The position numbers and the translations under genes were made by a program. A DNA stretch of 64,000 nt from positions 5,056,001 to 5,120,000 of the forward strand of contig OZ244653.1 in assembly GCA_965218795.1 (NCBI GenBank), given 5' to 3'. The notes beneath the pieces are model-generated. The model worked only from the letters and a program-made list of their open reading frames with translations. It did not search any database and had not been told where the DNA came from. How positions within the stretch are numbered: the first letter of the stretch is position 1; the number at the start of each line of letters is the position of its first letter. Positions 19,034-28,708 of the stretch are shown one piece after another. This stretch comes from a bacterium. GTDB taxonomy: Bacteria > UBA8248 > JACPRG01 > G963555815.

Positions 19034-20146
19034 ATGTTCAAATTCTGGCCGGAGAATGAAGACTGGTCCTGGCATCTTTTGCGGACGATTGCCGAGGGGA
19101 ACTACGGGGGCGGAGAGGCGCAGGAGTGCCTGCGGACGGCCGCCCGTATCACGGCGGGCGACAAGGAGAGCTGGCACGTCGAGTGGAAGGCGCAGGCGGA
19201 CCACGTGGCCAATCTGGGCGAGGAAGCCCTGAAACAGGGACGCACGGTGACCGCCCGGGACCATCTCCTGCGGGCCTGCAGCTACTACCGCTGGGCGGAG
19301 TTCTTTCTCCCCGCCGCCGACCCCCGCAGGCTGCCCACCTACCAGCGGTGCATCGACACCTTCCGCCAGGCGGGCCCCTACATCGACCCGCCCCTGGAGC
19401 GGGTGGAGATCCCCTACGGGGACACGGCCCTGCAGGGATACTTCTATGCGGCCAAAGGGGCGTCGGCCGAGAACCCCTCGCCCGGCGCGATTTATATCGC
19501 CGGGGCGGACGTCCTGAAGGAGGAGCTCTACTTCCTGGCGGGACGCGCGCTCATCGAGCGGGGATTCTCTCTTCTTGTGATGGACGGTCCCGGGCAGGGC
19601 GAGACGCTCCGGTTCCAGGAGATCGTCAGTCGTCCCGATTACGAGGTGCCCGCGGCCGCGGCGTTTGACGTTCTGGCCGCTCGGCCCGAGGTGGATGAGA
19701 ACCGGTTGGGCCTGGTCGGCCGCAGCTTCGGCGGGTATTATGCCACCCGCGCGGCGGCCTTCGAAAAGCGGGTCAAGGGGCTGGTGGTGTTCGGGGCCTT
19801 GTTCGAAGCGGTGGAGCTCTACGACGACTATCCGACCATTCGGTTTCAGCTCCAGTGGCTGACGGGTGGAACATCGCCGGAAGACACCCGCGAGCGGTTG
19901 ACGCAATTTTCGCTGCGGCCGGTCATCGGGCAGGTGAGTTGCCCGGTCCTGGTGATCCACGGAGAAGGGGACCACCTGACGCCCGCATCACACGCCCACC
20001 GGACCTTCGACGGTCTGACCGTCGAGGATAAAGGGTTGATCCTGTACGGCAAGGACGAGCCGGGCTCCGTCCACTGCCAGTACAACAGCTTTCCGACGAC
20101 CATTCCGGATTTCTGCGACTGGCTGCTCGAGCGGGTGAACCGCTGA
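19034..20146 (+). CDS. alpha/beta hydrolase (FrsA/2,6-dihydropseudooxynicotine hydrolase-like)
   Basis: RACSYYRWAEF, DGPGQGE, GRSFGG nucleophile, HGEGD, HCQ. Confidence 0.85.
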   Translation: MFKFWPENEDWSWHLLRTIAEGNYGGGEAQECLRTAARITAGDKESWHVEWKAQADHVANLGEEALKQGRTVTARDHLLRACSYYRWAEFFLPAADPRRLPTYQRCIDTFRQAGPYIDPPLERVEIPYGDTALQGYFYAAKGASAENPSPGAIYIAGADVLKEELYFLAGRALIERGFSLLVMDGPGQGETLRFQEIVSRPDYEVPAAAAFDVLAARPEVDENRLGLVGRSFGGYYATRAAAFEKRVKGLVVFGALFEAVELYDDYPTIRFQLQWLTGGTSPEDTRERLTQFSLRPVIGQVSCPVLVIHGEGDHLTPASHAHRTFDGLTVEDKGLILYGKDEPGSVHCQYNSFPTTIPDFCDWLLERVNR

Positions 20147-20238
20147 GCGATTTCCAACCCGCTTGAACCTCCTCTTCCGGCTTGACTACGGCAGAGAAGT
20201 TATATTCTGGGAATGGAATCCGTCTCGAGAGCGTGAGC

Positions 20239-21492
20239 ATGAAAACGCGACACATCCTCCACGTGGATCTGGACGCATTCTATGCCTCTGTCGAGCGCCG
20301 GGAGAATCCCGACCTGAGGGGCAAGCCCGTCATCGTCGGGGCCGACCCCAAAGGGGGAAAAGGCCGGGGTGTGATCGCCGCATGCTCCTATGAGGCCAGA
20401 GAATTCGGGCTGCATTCGGCTATGCCCATCGGCCGCGCCTACGCTTTGTGCCCTCACGGGACCTATCTGCCCGTTCGGATGGGATACTACGCCGAGGTGT
20501 CCGCTCAGATCCGAAAAATCTTTCGTGACTATACGGATCTCGTTGAGCCCATCAGCATCGATGAGGCTTTTTTGGACGTCACGGCCAGCCGAAGCCTGTT
20601 CGGCGAGGCCCGCCAAATCGCCATTGCGATCAAGGACCAGATTCGCAGGAAGCAGGAGCTCACTGCTTCGGTGGGGGTCGCCGCGAACAAATTCATCGCC
20701 AAGATTGCCTCGGACCTCGAGAAACCCGACGGCCTGGTGGAGGTCGCGGCTGGACAGGAGCTGGATTTCCTCGCCCCGCTTCCCATCTCCAGGCTTTGGG
20801 GGGTGGGACGGAAGACCGAGCCGAGACTTCGCGCCCTCGGCGTGAAGACCATCGGAGATCTCCGGGCCGTCCCGCCGGGAACGCTGAAAGCGAACTTCGG
20901 GGTCATCGGAGAGCACCTGTACGAGCTGTCGTTCGGCCGGGACGACAGGGAGGTCACGCCCGAGTCCAAGCCGAAGTCCATCGGGAGCGAAACCACGTAT
21001 TCCGAGGACGAGGCGAACCCGAACGTTCTGCGCAAGACCCTTCTTGGACTCTCCGAGGAAGTCGGCTCACGCCTCCGGGCCGACGAATTTCGTGGAAAGA
21101 CGGTGACGCTCAAGTTCCGCTACGAGGATTTCTCCACCCACACCCGCTCGCACACCCTCGCCGAATCCACGGACGTGGAAGGGGAGATCTATGAGACGGC
21201 CGTGATGCTTTTGGAGGATTTCCTGCCGCTGGATGGGAGGATGGTGCGTCTGCTCGGGGTCTCGGTCTCCAACCTGGAGAGCGAGACCGCGCCCTCTCAG
21301 CTCTCGCTGTTTGCCGGAAGGCCCAAAGAGACGACCCGGCGAAGCGCCCCGTCCAGCGAGGCCCGCCGGAAGGCCGCCGAGGCCGTGGACCGCCTGCGGG
21401 GGAAGTTCGGCCGGCAGTCCGTGACGCTGGGAACCCTGGTCGAAAAGCCCCGGGAGGACGAAGACCGAATGCCGCTGGATGAAGATCGCTGA
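20239..21492 (+). CDS. dinB: DNA polymerase IV
   Basis: HVDLDAFYASVE, SYEAR, SIDEAFLD, AKIASD..KPDG. Confidence 0.95.
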   Translation: MKTRHILHVDLDAFYASVERRENPDLRGKPVIVGADPKGGKGRGVIAACSYEAREFGLHSAMPIGRAYALCPHGTYLPVRMGYYAEVSAQIRKIFRDYTDLVEPISIDEAFLDVTASRSLFGEARQIAIAIKDQIRRKQELTASVGVAANKFIAKIASDLEKPDGLVEVAAGQELDFLAPLPISRLWGVGRKTEPRLRALGVKTIGDLRAVPPGTLKANFGVIGEHLYELSFGRDDREVTPESKPKSIGSETTYSEDEANPNVLRKTLLGLSEEVGSRLRADEFRGKTVTLKFRYEDFSTHTRSHTLAESTDVEGEIYETAVMLLEDFLPLDGRMVRLLGVSVSNLESETAPSQLSLFAGRPKETTRRSAPSSEARRKAAEAVDRLRGKFGRQSVTLGTLVEKPREDEDRMPLDEDR

Positions 21493-21647
21493 GGAGGAAG
21501 CGTGGAGACTTTCCTCGGAAGGTGTTTCACATGCCGGCCCAATCGCCATTCCGGGGTGAAGAGGGCGCGACCTCTCATTTCAGCGTTGACGGGTCTTGGG
21601 TCGATGACTCTTGGGTCGATGGCCCTCTCCCCGGGTTCGAGAAATCG

Positions 21648-22427
21648 TCAGTCCCACTTCCTTCCAGGCATGTGATTGAAGATGCTCTTGGTCAGTCCCC
21701 CGTCGATGTCCAGCCGGGTCGCCGTGACGTAGTCGGCCTCGTCCGAGAGCAGGTACAGGATCCCGTGAGCGATGTCCTCGGGCTGCCCGACGCGGCCCCA
21801 GGGGGTTGCCTCCTCGCGGCCCTTGCGGATTTCGGGAACCTGGAGGTAGGCGGTCAGCGGCGTCTCGGTGTGACCGGGACACACGACGTTCACCCGGATC
21901 TTCTTGCGGGCCCACTCCAGGGCGAGCTGCTCGGACAGCATGATGATCCCCGCCTTGACCGTGCTGTACGCCCCCGACATGGAGTACGGCGCGATGCCGG
22001 CATTGGAGGACAGGTTGACGATGGCGCCGGGCCGCCCGTGTTCGATCATCCACCGTCCCGAGGCTTGGCACATGAGGAACATCCCGGTGAGCCCGATGTC
22101 CACGACCAGCTTCCAGCTTTCGAGTGGCAAATCGAGGAGCGGCCCAGGGTCCATTTTGATGGCGCAGTTGACCAGAGCGTCCAGGCCGCCGAATTCCGAG
22201 GCCGACCGGTCCACCGCGGCCCGGCAGTCTTCGGGATTCGTAACGTCCAGGCTCTGAAAAACGGCCGTTCCGGCCCCGAGCCTCCCCGCCAACTCCTGTC
22301 CGAGATCCTGATTCACGTCGCCGATGACGACGCGCCCCCCCTCCGCCGCGAACATCTCCGCGGTCTTGACGCCGATCCCGCGCGCCCCCCCCGCGATCAG
22401 GCAGACCTTGCCGTCAAACCGGCCCAT
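21648..22427 (-). CDS. SDR family oxidoreductase
   Basis: AGGARGIG, YSTVK, RVNVVCPG, IDGG. Confidence 0.9.
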   Translation of the reverse strand: MGRFDGKVCLIAGGARGIGVKTAEMFAAEGGRVVIGDVNQDLGQELAGRLGAGTAVFQSLDVTNPEDCRAAVDRSASEFGGLDALVNCAIKMDPGPLLDLPLESWKLVVDIGLTGMFLMCQASGRWMIEHGRPGAIVNLSSNAGIAPYSMSGAYSTVKAGIIMLSEQLALEWARKKIRVNVVCPGHTETPLTAYLQVPEIRKGREEATPWGRVGQPEDIAHGILYLLSDEADYVTATRLDIDGGLTKSIFNHMPGRKWD

Positions 22428-22621
22428 GGCTTTTTCTCCCTTTCTTCATCTGTTACAAGTTTGAATTCCGCGGCGTGGGACCGGCCACCAGCGGGCTCCC
22501 ATACCGCCCGCGGGCAGGGCGAGCTCCGGTCGGCCGTGAAGAGTTTTTCACAGGGTGATGGTCGGCGCGCAAGCGCCCAGAAAAGTCCCCCTGCATGGAG
22601 GGATTGCTCTCTCTTTTCCCG

Positions 22622-23037
22622 TTACGAACCGCCCTCTTGATATTCAATGGATTTGCCGCCCCACTTCCTTCCCGGTGTGTGGATCATCTTGCTTTCCACT
22701 TGACCGCCGTCCACGGGCAGGTTGGCCGCCGTGATGAATCGGGCTCGGTCCGACAGGAGAAAGACGCAGACCTCGGCGATCTCCTCGGGTTTTCCGACGC
22801 GCCCCATCGGGACGACCGCCGCCCGGCCCGCGGCGATCTCCAGGTCCTGGAACATGGCCTCGGTCATGGGAGTGCGAACCTGACCGGGCGATACGGTGTT
22901 CGCCCGTACGCCCCGGTCTCCGGATCGATGTCCGCAACGGCCACGTCCGCGCCCTCGCGGGCGGCCAGGACGCATGTTGCGCGGCCGATGCCGCTGCCCC
23001 CACCGGTGACGATGATTTTCTTGCCATCGAGCATCAT
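22622..23037 (-). pseudogene. SDR paralogue with large internal deletion and frameshift
   Basis: N-terminus MMLDGKKIIVTGGGSGIG...DIDPET joins out of frame at about 22912 to C-terminus GVRANTVSPG...VDGG..HTPGRKW; catalytic YxxxK region absent. Confidence 0.85.
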
Positions 23038-23361
23038 GCGGCTTCTCCTCTGCCGGCCGAGGAACCGGATCGATCGGGGCAATGTCCCGATGGAAACAAT
23101 CCGAGAGATTCAAATACGAACCGGCCGTCGGGTCAACCGTTCTTCATCCTCGGTGATCCTCGGTTTTGGGGATAGCGCTCTGGAGGAACATTTTGGAGGC
23201 AACGCGCTTCTGCGATTTGGCGGCGCCCGGAGGCGCCGCACCCGCGCTCAGCAAGAGCATCGGATATTGACAACTCATATGCGCGGCGAAAACGGAGCAG
23301 GCCGTGCCTGCCCCCGGACCCTCCTCTCACCTTTACGATTCTCTTGATGAGAAATCCGGGG

Positions 23362-24492
23362 TCAAGGCGAATCGTCGCGCTCGATCCATCCGCCGCCCAG
23401 AATCTCGTCGTCCCGGTAGAAGACGGCGGCTTGACCGGGCGCGATGCCGCGCTCGGGCTCGGCGAACGCGACGCGGGCGCGGGCGCCGTCAAGGGGATCA
23501 ATCCGCGCTGGACGGGGATTGTGGCGATGGCGGATCCGGACGTCGGCGGAGATTCCGGAGGTCTTCGCGTCTTCCGGGAGAGGGACGATCCAGTTGGTCT
23601 CTCCGGTCATGAACTCCGTCCGACCCAACTCCTCCTCGTGACCGACGACCACCCGGTTGCCGGGCGGATCCACCTGTAGGACGTAGTACGGTTTCGGCGC
23701 GGCAATGCCCAGGCCCCGCCGCTGGCCCACGGTGTACTTGGGGAGGCCGGCGTGCTCCCCCAGCACCCGGCCCGAGGTGTCGACGATCTCACCAGGCGTG
23801 AACGCTTCGCCGGTCTGTCTCTGGATGAAGTCGGAGTAGGTCTCGCCGGAGACGAAGCAGATGTCCTGGCTTTCGGGCTTGTCCGCCGTCTTCAGGCCGA
23901 GGCCGCGCGCGCGCTTCCGCACCTCGTCCTTGGTGAGGTCACCGACCGGGAAGAGCGCCTTCGCCAACTGGTCCTGGGTCAGGCTGAAAAGGAAATAGCT
24001 TTGGTCCTTGGCGCTGTCCCGCCCGCGGTAGAGGGCGTAGCGGTTCTCCTCTTCCAGCCATTCGACGCGCGCATAATGGCCGGTCGCGACCTTTTCCGCC
24101 TTCAGCTCTTCGGCCCGTCGCAGGAGGTGATCGAACTTGAACCGTTGATTGCACAGGACGCAGGGGCTTGGAGTCCTGCCGGACTGGTATTCCCGAATGA
24201 AGACGTCGACGACTTCGTCCTGGAACTGATCCTGGAAATTCTGAAGGTAGTAGGGAATGCCCAGCCTGGAAGCCACGGACCGGGCGTCCATCACGTCGAA
24301 CGGGGAGCAGCAGGAGTCGAAGCTCTCCTTGGCCTCCGAATAGTCCCAGAGCTGCATCCCGACGCCGATGGCGTCCCAGCCCTCCTCGGCCAGGATGGCC
24401 GCGGCAACGGAGCTGTCCACACCGCCGCTCATCGCGATGACGACGCGTGTGCCTCTGACGGTCTCGATTTTGGCTGATTCTGTCATGCTCAT
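23362..24492 (-). CDS. mnmA: tRNA 2-thiouridine(34) synthase
   Basis: AMSGGVDSS, TPSPCVLCN, ATGHYA, KDQSYFL, ESQDICF, TVGQRRG, PGQAAV. Confidence 0.96.
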   Translation of the reverse strand: MSMTESAKIETVRGTRVVIAMSGGVDSSVAAAILAEEGWDAIGVGMQLWDYSEAKESFDSCCSPFDVMDARSVASRLGIPYYLQNFQDQFQDEVVDVFIREYQSGRTPSPCVLCNQRFKFDHLLRRAEELKAEKVATGHYARVEWLEEENRYALYRGRDSAKDQSYFLFSLTQDQLAKALFPVGDLTKDEVRKRARGLGLKTADKPESQDICFVSGETYSDFIQRQTGEAFTPGEIVDTSGRVLGEHAGLPKYTVGQRRGLGIAAPKPYYVLQVDPPGNRVVVGHEEELGRTEFMTGETNWIVPLPEDAKTSGISADVRIRHRHNPRPARIDPLDGARARVAFAEPERGIAPGQAAVFYRDDEILGGGWIERDDSP

Positions 24493-24508
24493 GACCGGGT
24501 CATCAATC

Positions 24509-24860
24509 TGTATGACCAGGCTTCTTTCCTCACAGGTCGGATAAACTTCCTGACCGTGTCGATGGGTCGGCCGCCCATGTTGCCACAGCCCCGATGTGGA
24601 CGCTCGGTGTTGTAGAACTCGACGAGGCGTCTCGACGAGGCGTCTTCAGGTACGCGTTCAGGTCCTTCTCTCGCGGCCCGTCCCGTGCTGCCTGGATTCC
24701 TGCTGGAGCCTGTCCTCGAAGGCTTTTATCAGGGGCGGGAATGACGAAACAGCGTCACGCAACCCCACCCATCCGTCATTCCCGCTGGCCTGCCCCGAAT
24801 TTCTTAAGTCGGGGGCGGGAATCCACCTTCTCTGCCGTTGCCACGGCTCCTCCCCTCTGT
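24509..24860 (-). mobile_element. non-autonomous composite element: IS481 right-end remnant + palindromes (copy 1)
   Basis: TGT terminus; reverse strand encodes YNTERPHRG.NMGGRPIDT; homologous to 54999..55403. Confidence 0.75.
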
Positions 24861-25029
24861 CCCCCGACGAAGACATTCGAGGGCAGGCATCCGGGGGGAC
24901 TCGTTTCCCCTTTGCAAGACATCATTTATTCGGGAAGATGCCTGGTCGTACAATATAATGGGTTGTACAAGAGCGCAAACGCTCCCCGCAACATCTTGAC
25001 ATCTTTGACGTTATCGGGCGTCGTCCGAG

Positions 25030-25216
25030 TTCTCCACCAATTTTGTGGAAAACTTGCGGAAAAAGCCGTGTGTAGTTTTCCTCAAGGGTTGTTGTTCGTT
25101 GGTTCCGGCGAATTGCACAATTATTGTTCAATGTAGTAAAGATTTAAAAACCAAAGAGTTATAAAATTACCCCAAAATTCCGATTTTGTGACGGCTGCGT
25201 GAACCGTTTTTCCACA
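25030..25216. promoter_or_regulatory. AT-rich region with DnaA-box cluster (oriC candidate)
   Basis: TTTTCCACA at 25208 and its reverse complement at 25044; 1-mismatch boxes at 25055 and 25076; AT-rich 25120-25185. Confidence 0.5.
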
Positions 25217-25220
25217 GTTT

Positions 25221-25258
25221 ATGGGGCTTGACGGCGACGGTCCGCCGTCAAGCCCCAT
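25221..25258 (-). terminator. 16-bp hairpin downstream of leuA
   Basis: atggggcttgacggcg-acggtc-cgccgtcaagccccat. Confidence 0.65.
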
Positions 25259-25320
25259 TCTGCGAGGGTTTCCAGACCTTTCCTTTTTGATCGATGCAAG
25301 GTCAGGCTGTGGACGCCCCA

Positions 25321-26835
25321 TCACACCGAGGCGAGGTGCTTGTTCAGGGCGTTCAGATAGGCCTTGGCGCTGGCCTCGATGATGTCCGTGCTGGCGCCCT
25401 TTCCCGCGATCACTTTGCCCCCGACGTCCAGTTTCACGAAGGCCTCGCCCAGGGCTTCCTTTCCTCGGGTGACTGACTGGACCTGATAATCCGAGATGGA
25501 CACGGGCACCTGCGTGATCCTGCCAATGGCGTTGAAAACGGCGTCTACAGGTCCATCTCCATTGCCTGATTCCATCAGCTCCCGTTCACCGTCGAGCAGC
25601 TTCACCGTGGCGGTTGGAATCGTCTGGCTTCCGCTTGTGACATGCAGGTACTTCAGGCGGAAGCGCTCCGCGTGGACCCTCAGCTCGTCATCCAGGATCG
25701 CCACGAGGTCTTCGTCGAAGACCTCCTTCTTCTTGTCGGCGACCTTCAGAAAGCGCGGATAAATCTCGCCGAGTTGTTCCTTGGAGAGGTTGTACCCCAG
25801 CTCCTGGTAGCGCTTGCCGATGCCGTGCCGCCCGGAGTGCTTCCCCAGCACCAGGGTGCTGTCGTGCCGGCCGACGGACTCGGGCGTCATGATCTCGTAC
25901 GTCAAGGCCTGCTGGATGACGCCGTGCTGGTGGATGCCGGCCTCATGGGCGAAGGCGTTTTTCCCTACAACCGCCTTGTTCCGGGGGATGCCGAGGCCCG
26001 TGATGCTGCTCAGCAGGCGGCTTGTCTTGTAGAGCTCCTGCGAATGGATCCTCGTGTAATAGGGGAGGAAATCCGAGCGGGTCTGGATGGCCATGACGAA
26101 CTCCTCCAGGGAGGCGTTGCCGGCCCGCTCGCCGATGCCGTTGATCGTGCATTCCACCTGCCGTACGCCCGCCTGGACGGACGCCAGGCTGTTGGCCACG
26201 GCCAGGCCCAGATCGTTGTGGCAGTGCGCGCTGAAGATGACCCCGTCCCGGTGGGGCACCCGCTCCATCATGTACCGCCAACGCTGGGTGGTCTCCTCCG
26301 GGATGGAATACCCCGTCGTGTCCGGCACGTTGACCACCTGGGCGCCGGCGTCCACGACGGCCCGGATGACTTCGCAAAGGAAGTCCAGCTCCGAACGCGA
26401 GGCGTCCTCCGGCGAGAACTCGAGCGTCGCCCGGGGACATTCCTTGAGGATGTACTTGACCGCGCTCACCGCTTCTTCGAGGACTTCCTCCCGGGTCATC
26501 TTGAGCTTGTGCTCCAGGTGGATGTCGGAGGTTGCGATAAAGGTGTGGATGCGGGGATCGGCCGCGTCCTTGATGGCGTCCCACGCCCGGTCGATGTCGG
26601 CCTTCTTGGTCCGGGTCAGGGCGCACACCTGGCAGCCCTTGACGTGACGCGCCACCTCGCGGACGGCCTCGAACTCGCCCTCGGAGGCGATGGGGAACCC
26701 GGCCTCGATGACATCCACCCCGAGCCTTTCGAGCTGGAGAGCGAGCTCGAACTTCTCGTTCAAGTCCATGCTTGCGCCCGGTGACTGCTCTCCGTCTCGC
26801 AGGGTGGTGTCGAAGATGAAGACCTGGTCTGCCAT
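25321..26835 (-). CDS. leuA: 2-isopropylmalate synthase
   Basis: FDTTLRDGEQSPG, HCHNDLGLAVAN, GIGERAGNA, HEAGIHQ, C-terminal regulatory domain; GGAGG RBS before ATG 26835. Confidence 0.96.
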   Translation of the reverse strand: MADQVFIFDTTLRDGEQSPGASMDLNEKFELALQLERLGVDVIEAGFPIASEGEFEAVREVARHVKGCQVCALTRTKKADIDRAWDAIKDAADPRIHTFIATSDIHLEHKLKMTREEVLEEAVSAVKYILKECPRATLEFSPEDASRSELDFLCEVIRAVVDAGAQVVNVPDTTGYSIPEETTQRWRYMMERVPHRDGVIFSAHCHNDLGLAVANSLASVQAGVRQVECTINGIGERAGNASLEEFVMAIQTRSDFLPYYTRIHSQELYKTSRLLSSITGLGIPRNKAVVGKNAFAHEAGIHQHGVIQQALTYEIMTPESVGRHDSTLVLGKHSGRHGIGKRYQELGYNLSKEQLGEIYPRFLKVADKKKEVFDEDLVAILDDELRVHAERFRLKYLHVTSGSQTIPTATVKLLDGERELMESGNGDGPVDAVFNAIGRITQVPVSISDYQVQSVTRGKEALGEAFVKLDVGGKVIAGKGASTDIIEASAKAYLNALNKHLASV

Positions 26836-26890
26836 GACCTCCTCCCGGGGCGAACGGAATCGCCCGCTGGGGCCCGCCCTGGCGATGCCG

Positions 26891-26949
26891 GCCGTGCAAG
26901 AGCCTTGCACGGCCCCTCACCCCGGCCCTCTCTCCGAGGGAGAGGGAGC
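26891..26949. repeat. CCCTCACCCCGGCCCTCTC-type REP-like hairpin with CCGTGCAAG hairpin
   Basis: Related copy at 31061-31170. Confidence 0.65.
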
Positions 26950-27000
26950 AAGATGCGGGCCCGTGAACCAAAACAACCTGTTTTGCAACAGGTTGGGAGT

Positions 27001-27029
27001 TATATAACGGCGCCCCCAAGGCTTGTCAA
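27001..27029 (-). promoter_or_regulatory. sigma70-type promoter for leuA
   Basis: TTGACA-17 nt-TATATA(AC) on the minus strand. Confidence 0.6.
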
Positions 27030-27197
27030 TTCTACAGTGTTCGGAAGGTCCGAAGCGGCAGAACCGTTTGAAAAGGCAACTGCCATGGGCCGGCGCCGAA
27101 AGGAAAATCCGCACGAAGCATACCGGCCCATGGTGAGGCGTATCCGGGAGGAAATCCGGTGACATGAGATGATGACCTTTGGAAAGTGTAAGATGAA

Positions 27198-27251
27198 AGG
27201 GCGGGCTTCCAGCCCGCCTTCCGATGGCGGCCAGGATGGCCGCCCTGCCCT
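27198..27251. repeat. REP-like doublet (GTAG-family-like)
   Basis: gggcgggcttccagcccgcc...ggcggccaggatggccgccc; related to the reverse complement of 53937-53958. Confidence 0.45.
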
Positions 27252-27277
27252 CTGAATGTTTCGGGGGAAGGAATCGC

Positions 27278-27721
27278 ATGAGGATTCTGGTCATTCAAGG
27301 GGCCAATATGAACCTCCTGGGCGCTCGCGATCCGGAGTTGTACGGGAGCCGGCCGGCCGAGGATATCGACGAAATGATCCGCCGGCACGCCGCGGGGCGA
27401 GACGTTGAAGTGGACATCCGCTATACGAACCGCGAGGGCGAGTGCATCGACTGGATCCAGGAGGCTTCCGAGGGCGGCTGGGACGGGCTGGTCATGAATC
27501 CGGGCGGCTTCACCCGCGCGTCCCCGGTCATCGGAGAGACGCTGGAGGCGGCGGGCATCCCCTACGTCGAGGTGCACATGAAGAATCTCGAAGCCCACGG
27601 CGGAAGGTCGGTCCTGGCCGAACACGCGGTCGGCGTGGTGATGGGGTTCCGGGCGAAGGGATACGGCTACGCCCTGGACGCGCTCTGCGACTGGCTGGAG
27701 GAGAACCGGAGGGGAGATTGA
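27278..27721 (+). CDS. aroQ: type II 3-dehydroquinate dehydratase-like protein (divergent)
   Basis: GANMNLLGARDPELYG, NREGE, MNPGGFT, YVEVH. Confidence 0.8.
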   Translation: MRILVIQGANMNLLGARDPELYGSRPAEDIDEMIRRHAAGRDVEVDIRYTNREGECIDWIQEASEGGWDGLVMNPGGFTRASPVIGETLEAAGIPYVEVHMKNLEAHGGRSVLAEHAVGVVMGFRAKGYGYALDALCDWLEENRRGD

Positions 27722-27792
27722 CTCGGCTGTCCCTTCACTGAATGGGCGCACGGCCGGGCGACATCGCGGAGACCAAGCGGTCCTTCCGCTTT

Positions 27793-28683
27793 CTACGGAT
27801 CATTTCGGGAAAGGCTCCGGTGGACGGTGGCGATCCACCGCTCCGTTGAGATGTATCCCCGGCTCCAGGCGTCGTATCTTGCCGGCAACCCTTCCTGCTG
27901 AATCGCCTGGAGCGGTTTCCCCGCCTGCATCCCCTTGCGGACGATCTCCGTCGTCTCGGACAAAGCGCGATGATACGCCTTCAGGTCCTTCAGGGTCGAC
28001 AGAGACCCGTGGCCCGGGATGATCTTCGCGTCCTTCGGGATGCGCCGGATCATCCGTCCGATGTTCGCGATCACCCCCTCCACGTCCCCGCCGTTGTCCA
28101 GGTCGACGAGGGGGTACCGGCCCGCCCAGAAGAGGTCCCCGAGGTGGACGACGTTGGACCCGGTGAAGAAGACGACGGTGTCGCCGTCGGTGTGGCCGTT
28201 GGGCAGATGCAGGGCCTTGATCTCCTCGCCGTTGAAGTGAATGGACAGGGACCGGTCGAACGTCACCACCGGCTAGGCCTCCTTCGGCATGGGGGGGATC
28301 TCGCGGCCAAGGAAGAACTGTTTCGTGGTCAGTCGCTTTCTGACGTTGGCGTGGGCGATGATGGGCGCTTCTCGCCCGAATATTTTGTTGCCGCCCGTGT
28401 GGTCACCGTGCCAGTGCGTATTGAGGATGAACCTCAGCGGCCCCCTGGAGAGGGACCGCAATGACTTGCGGACGTCCTCCGCCATGGGGGCGAACTTGTC
28501 GTCGATGAGCAGGATGCCGTCCGGTCCGACGGAGATCCCCATGTTTCCCCCCCGCCCGTTCAGCATGTAGACCTTGCCGGCGACGGGGACCGGTTCCCCC
28601 TGCGCGTGCGTGGCGTCGGGAACCGCGGCGTGCAGCGTCATGGCCGCGAAAAGGATCGGCGCGATGTGCGGAAATCTCTGCAT
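27793..28683 (-). pseudogene. secreted MBL-fold hydrolase (cyclase-like) split by an in-frame TAG at 28273-28275
   Basis: NTHWHGDHTGGN upstream; GHTDGD, HLGD and IPGHG downstream in the same frame; PKEA*PVVTF. Confidence 0.85.
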
Positions 28684-28708
28684 GATGGGCCCCTCCGATC
28701 AAATGGAT

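Noticed and set aside
21594-21622. tcttgggtcgatg direct repeat (also ggagatacat x2 near 32314/32367)
   Set aside because: Only two short copies each, with no functional context
24690-24890. Palindromes with spacers as a CRISPR array
   Set aside because: Inverted orientation, irregular spacing, few units per locus, and no cas genes
28273-28275. Genome-wide TAG recoding
   Set aside because: TAG ends genes at their expected C-termini (e.g. mreB, dnaE, ankyrin protein)
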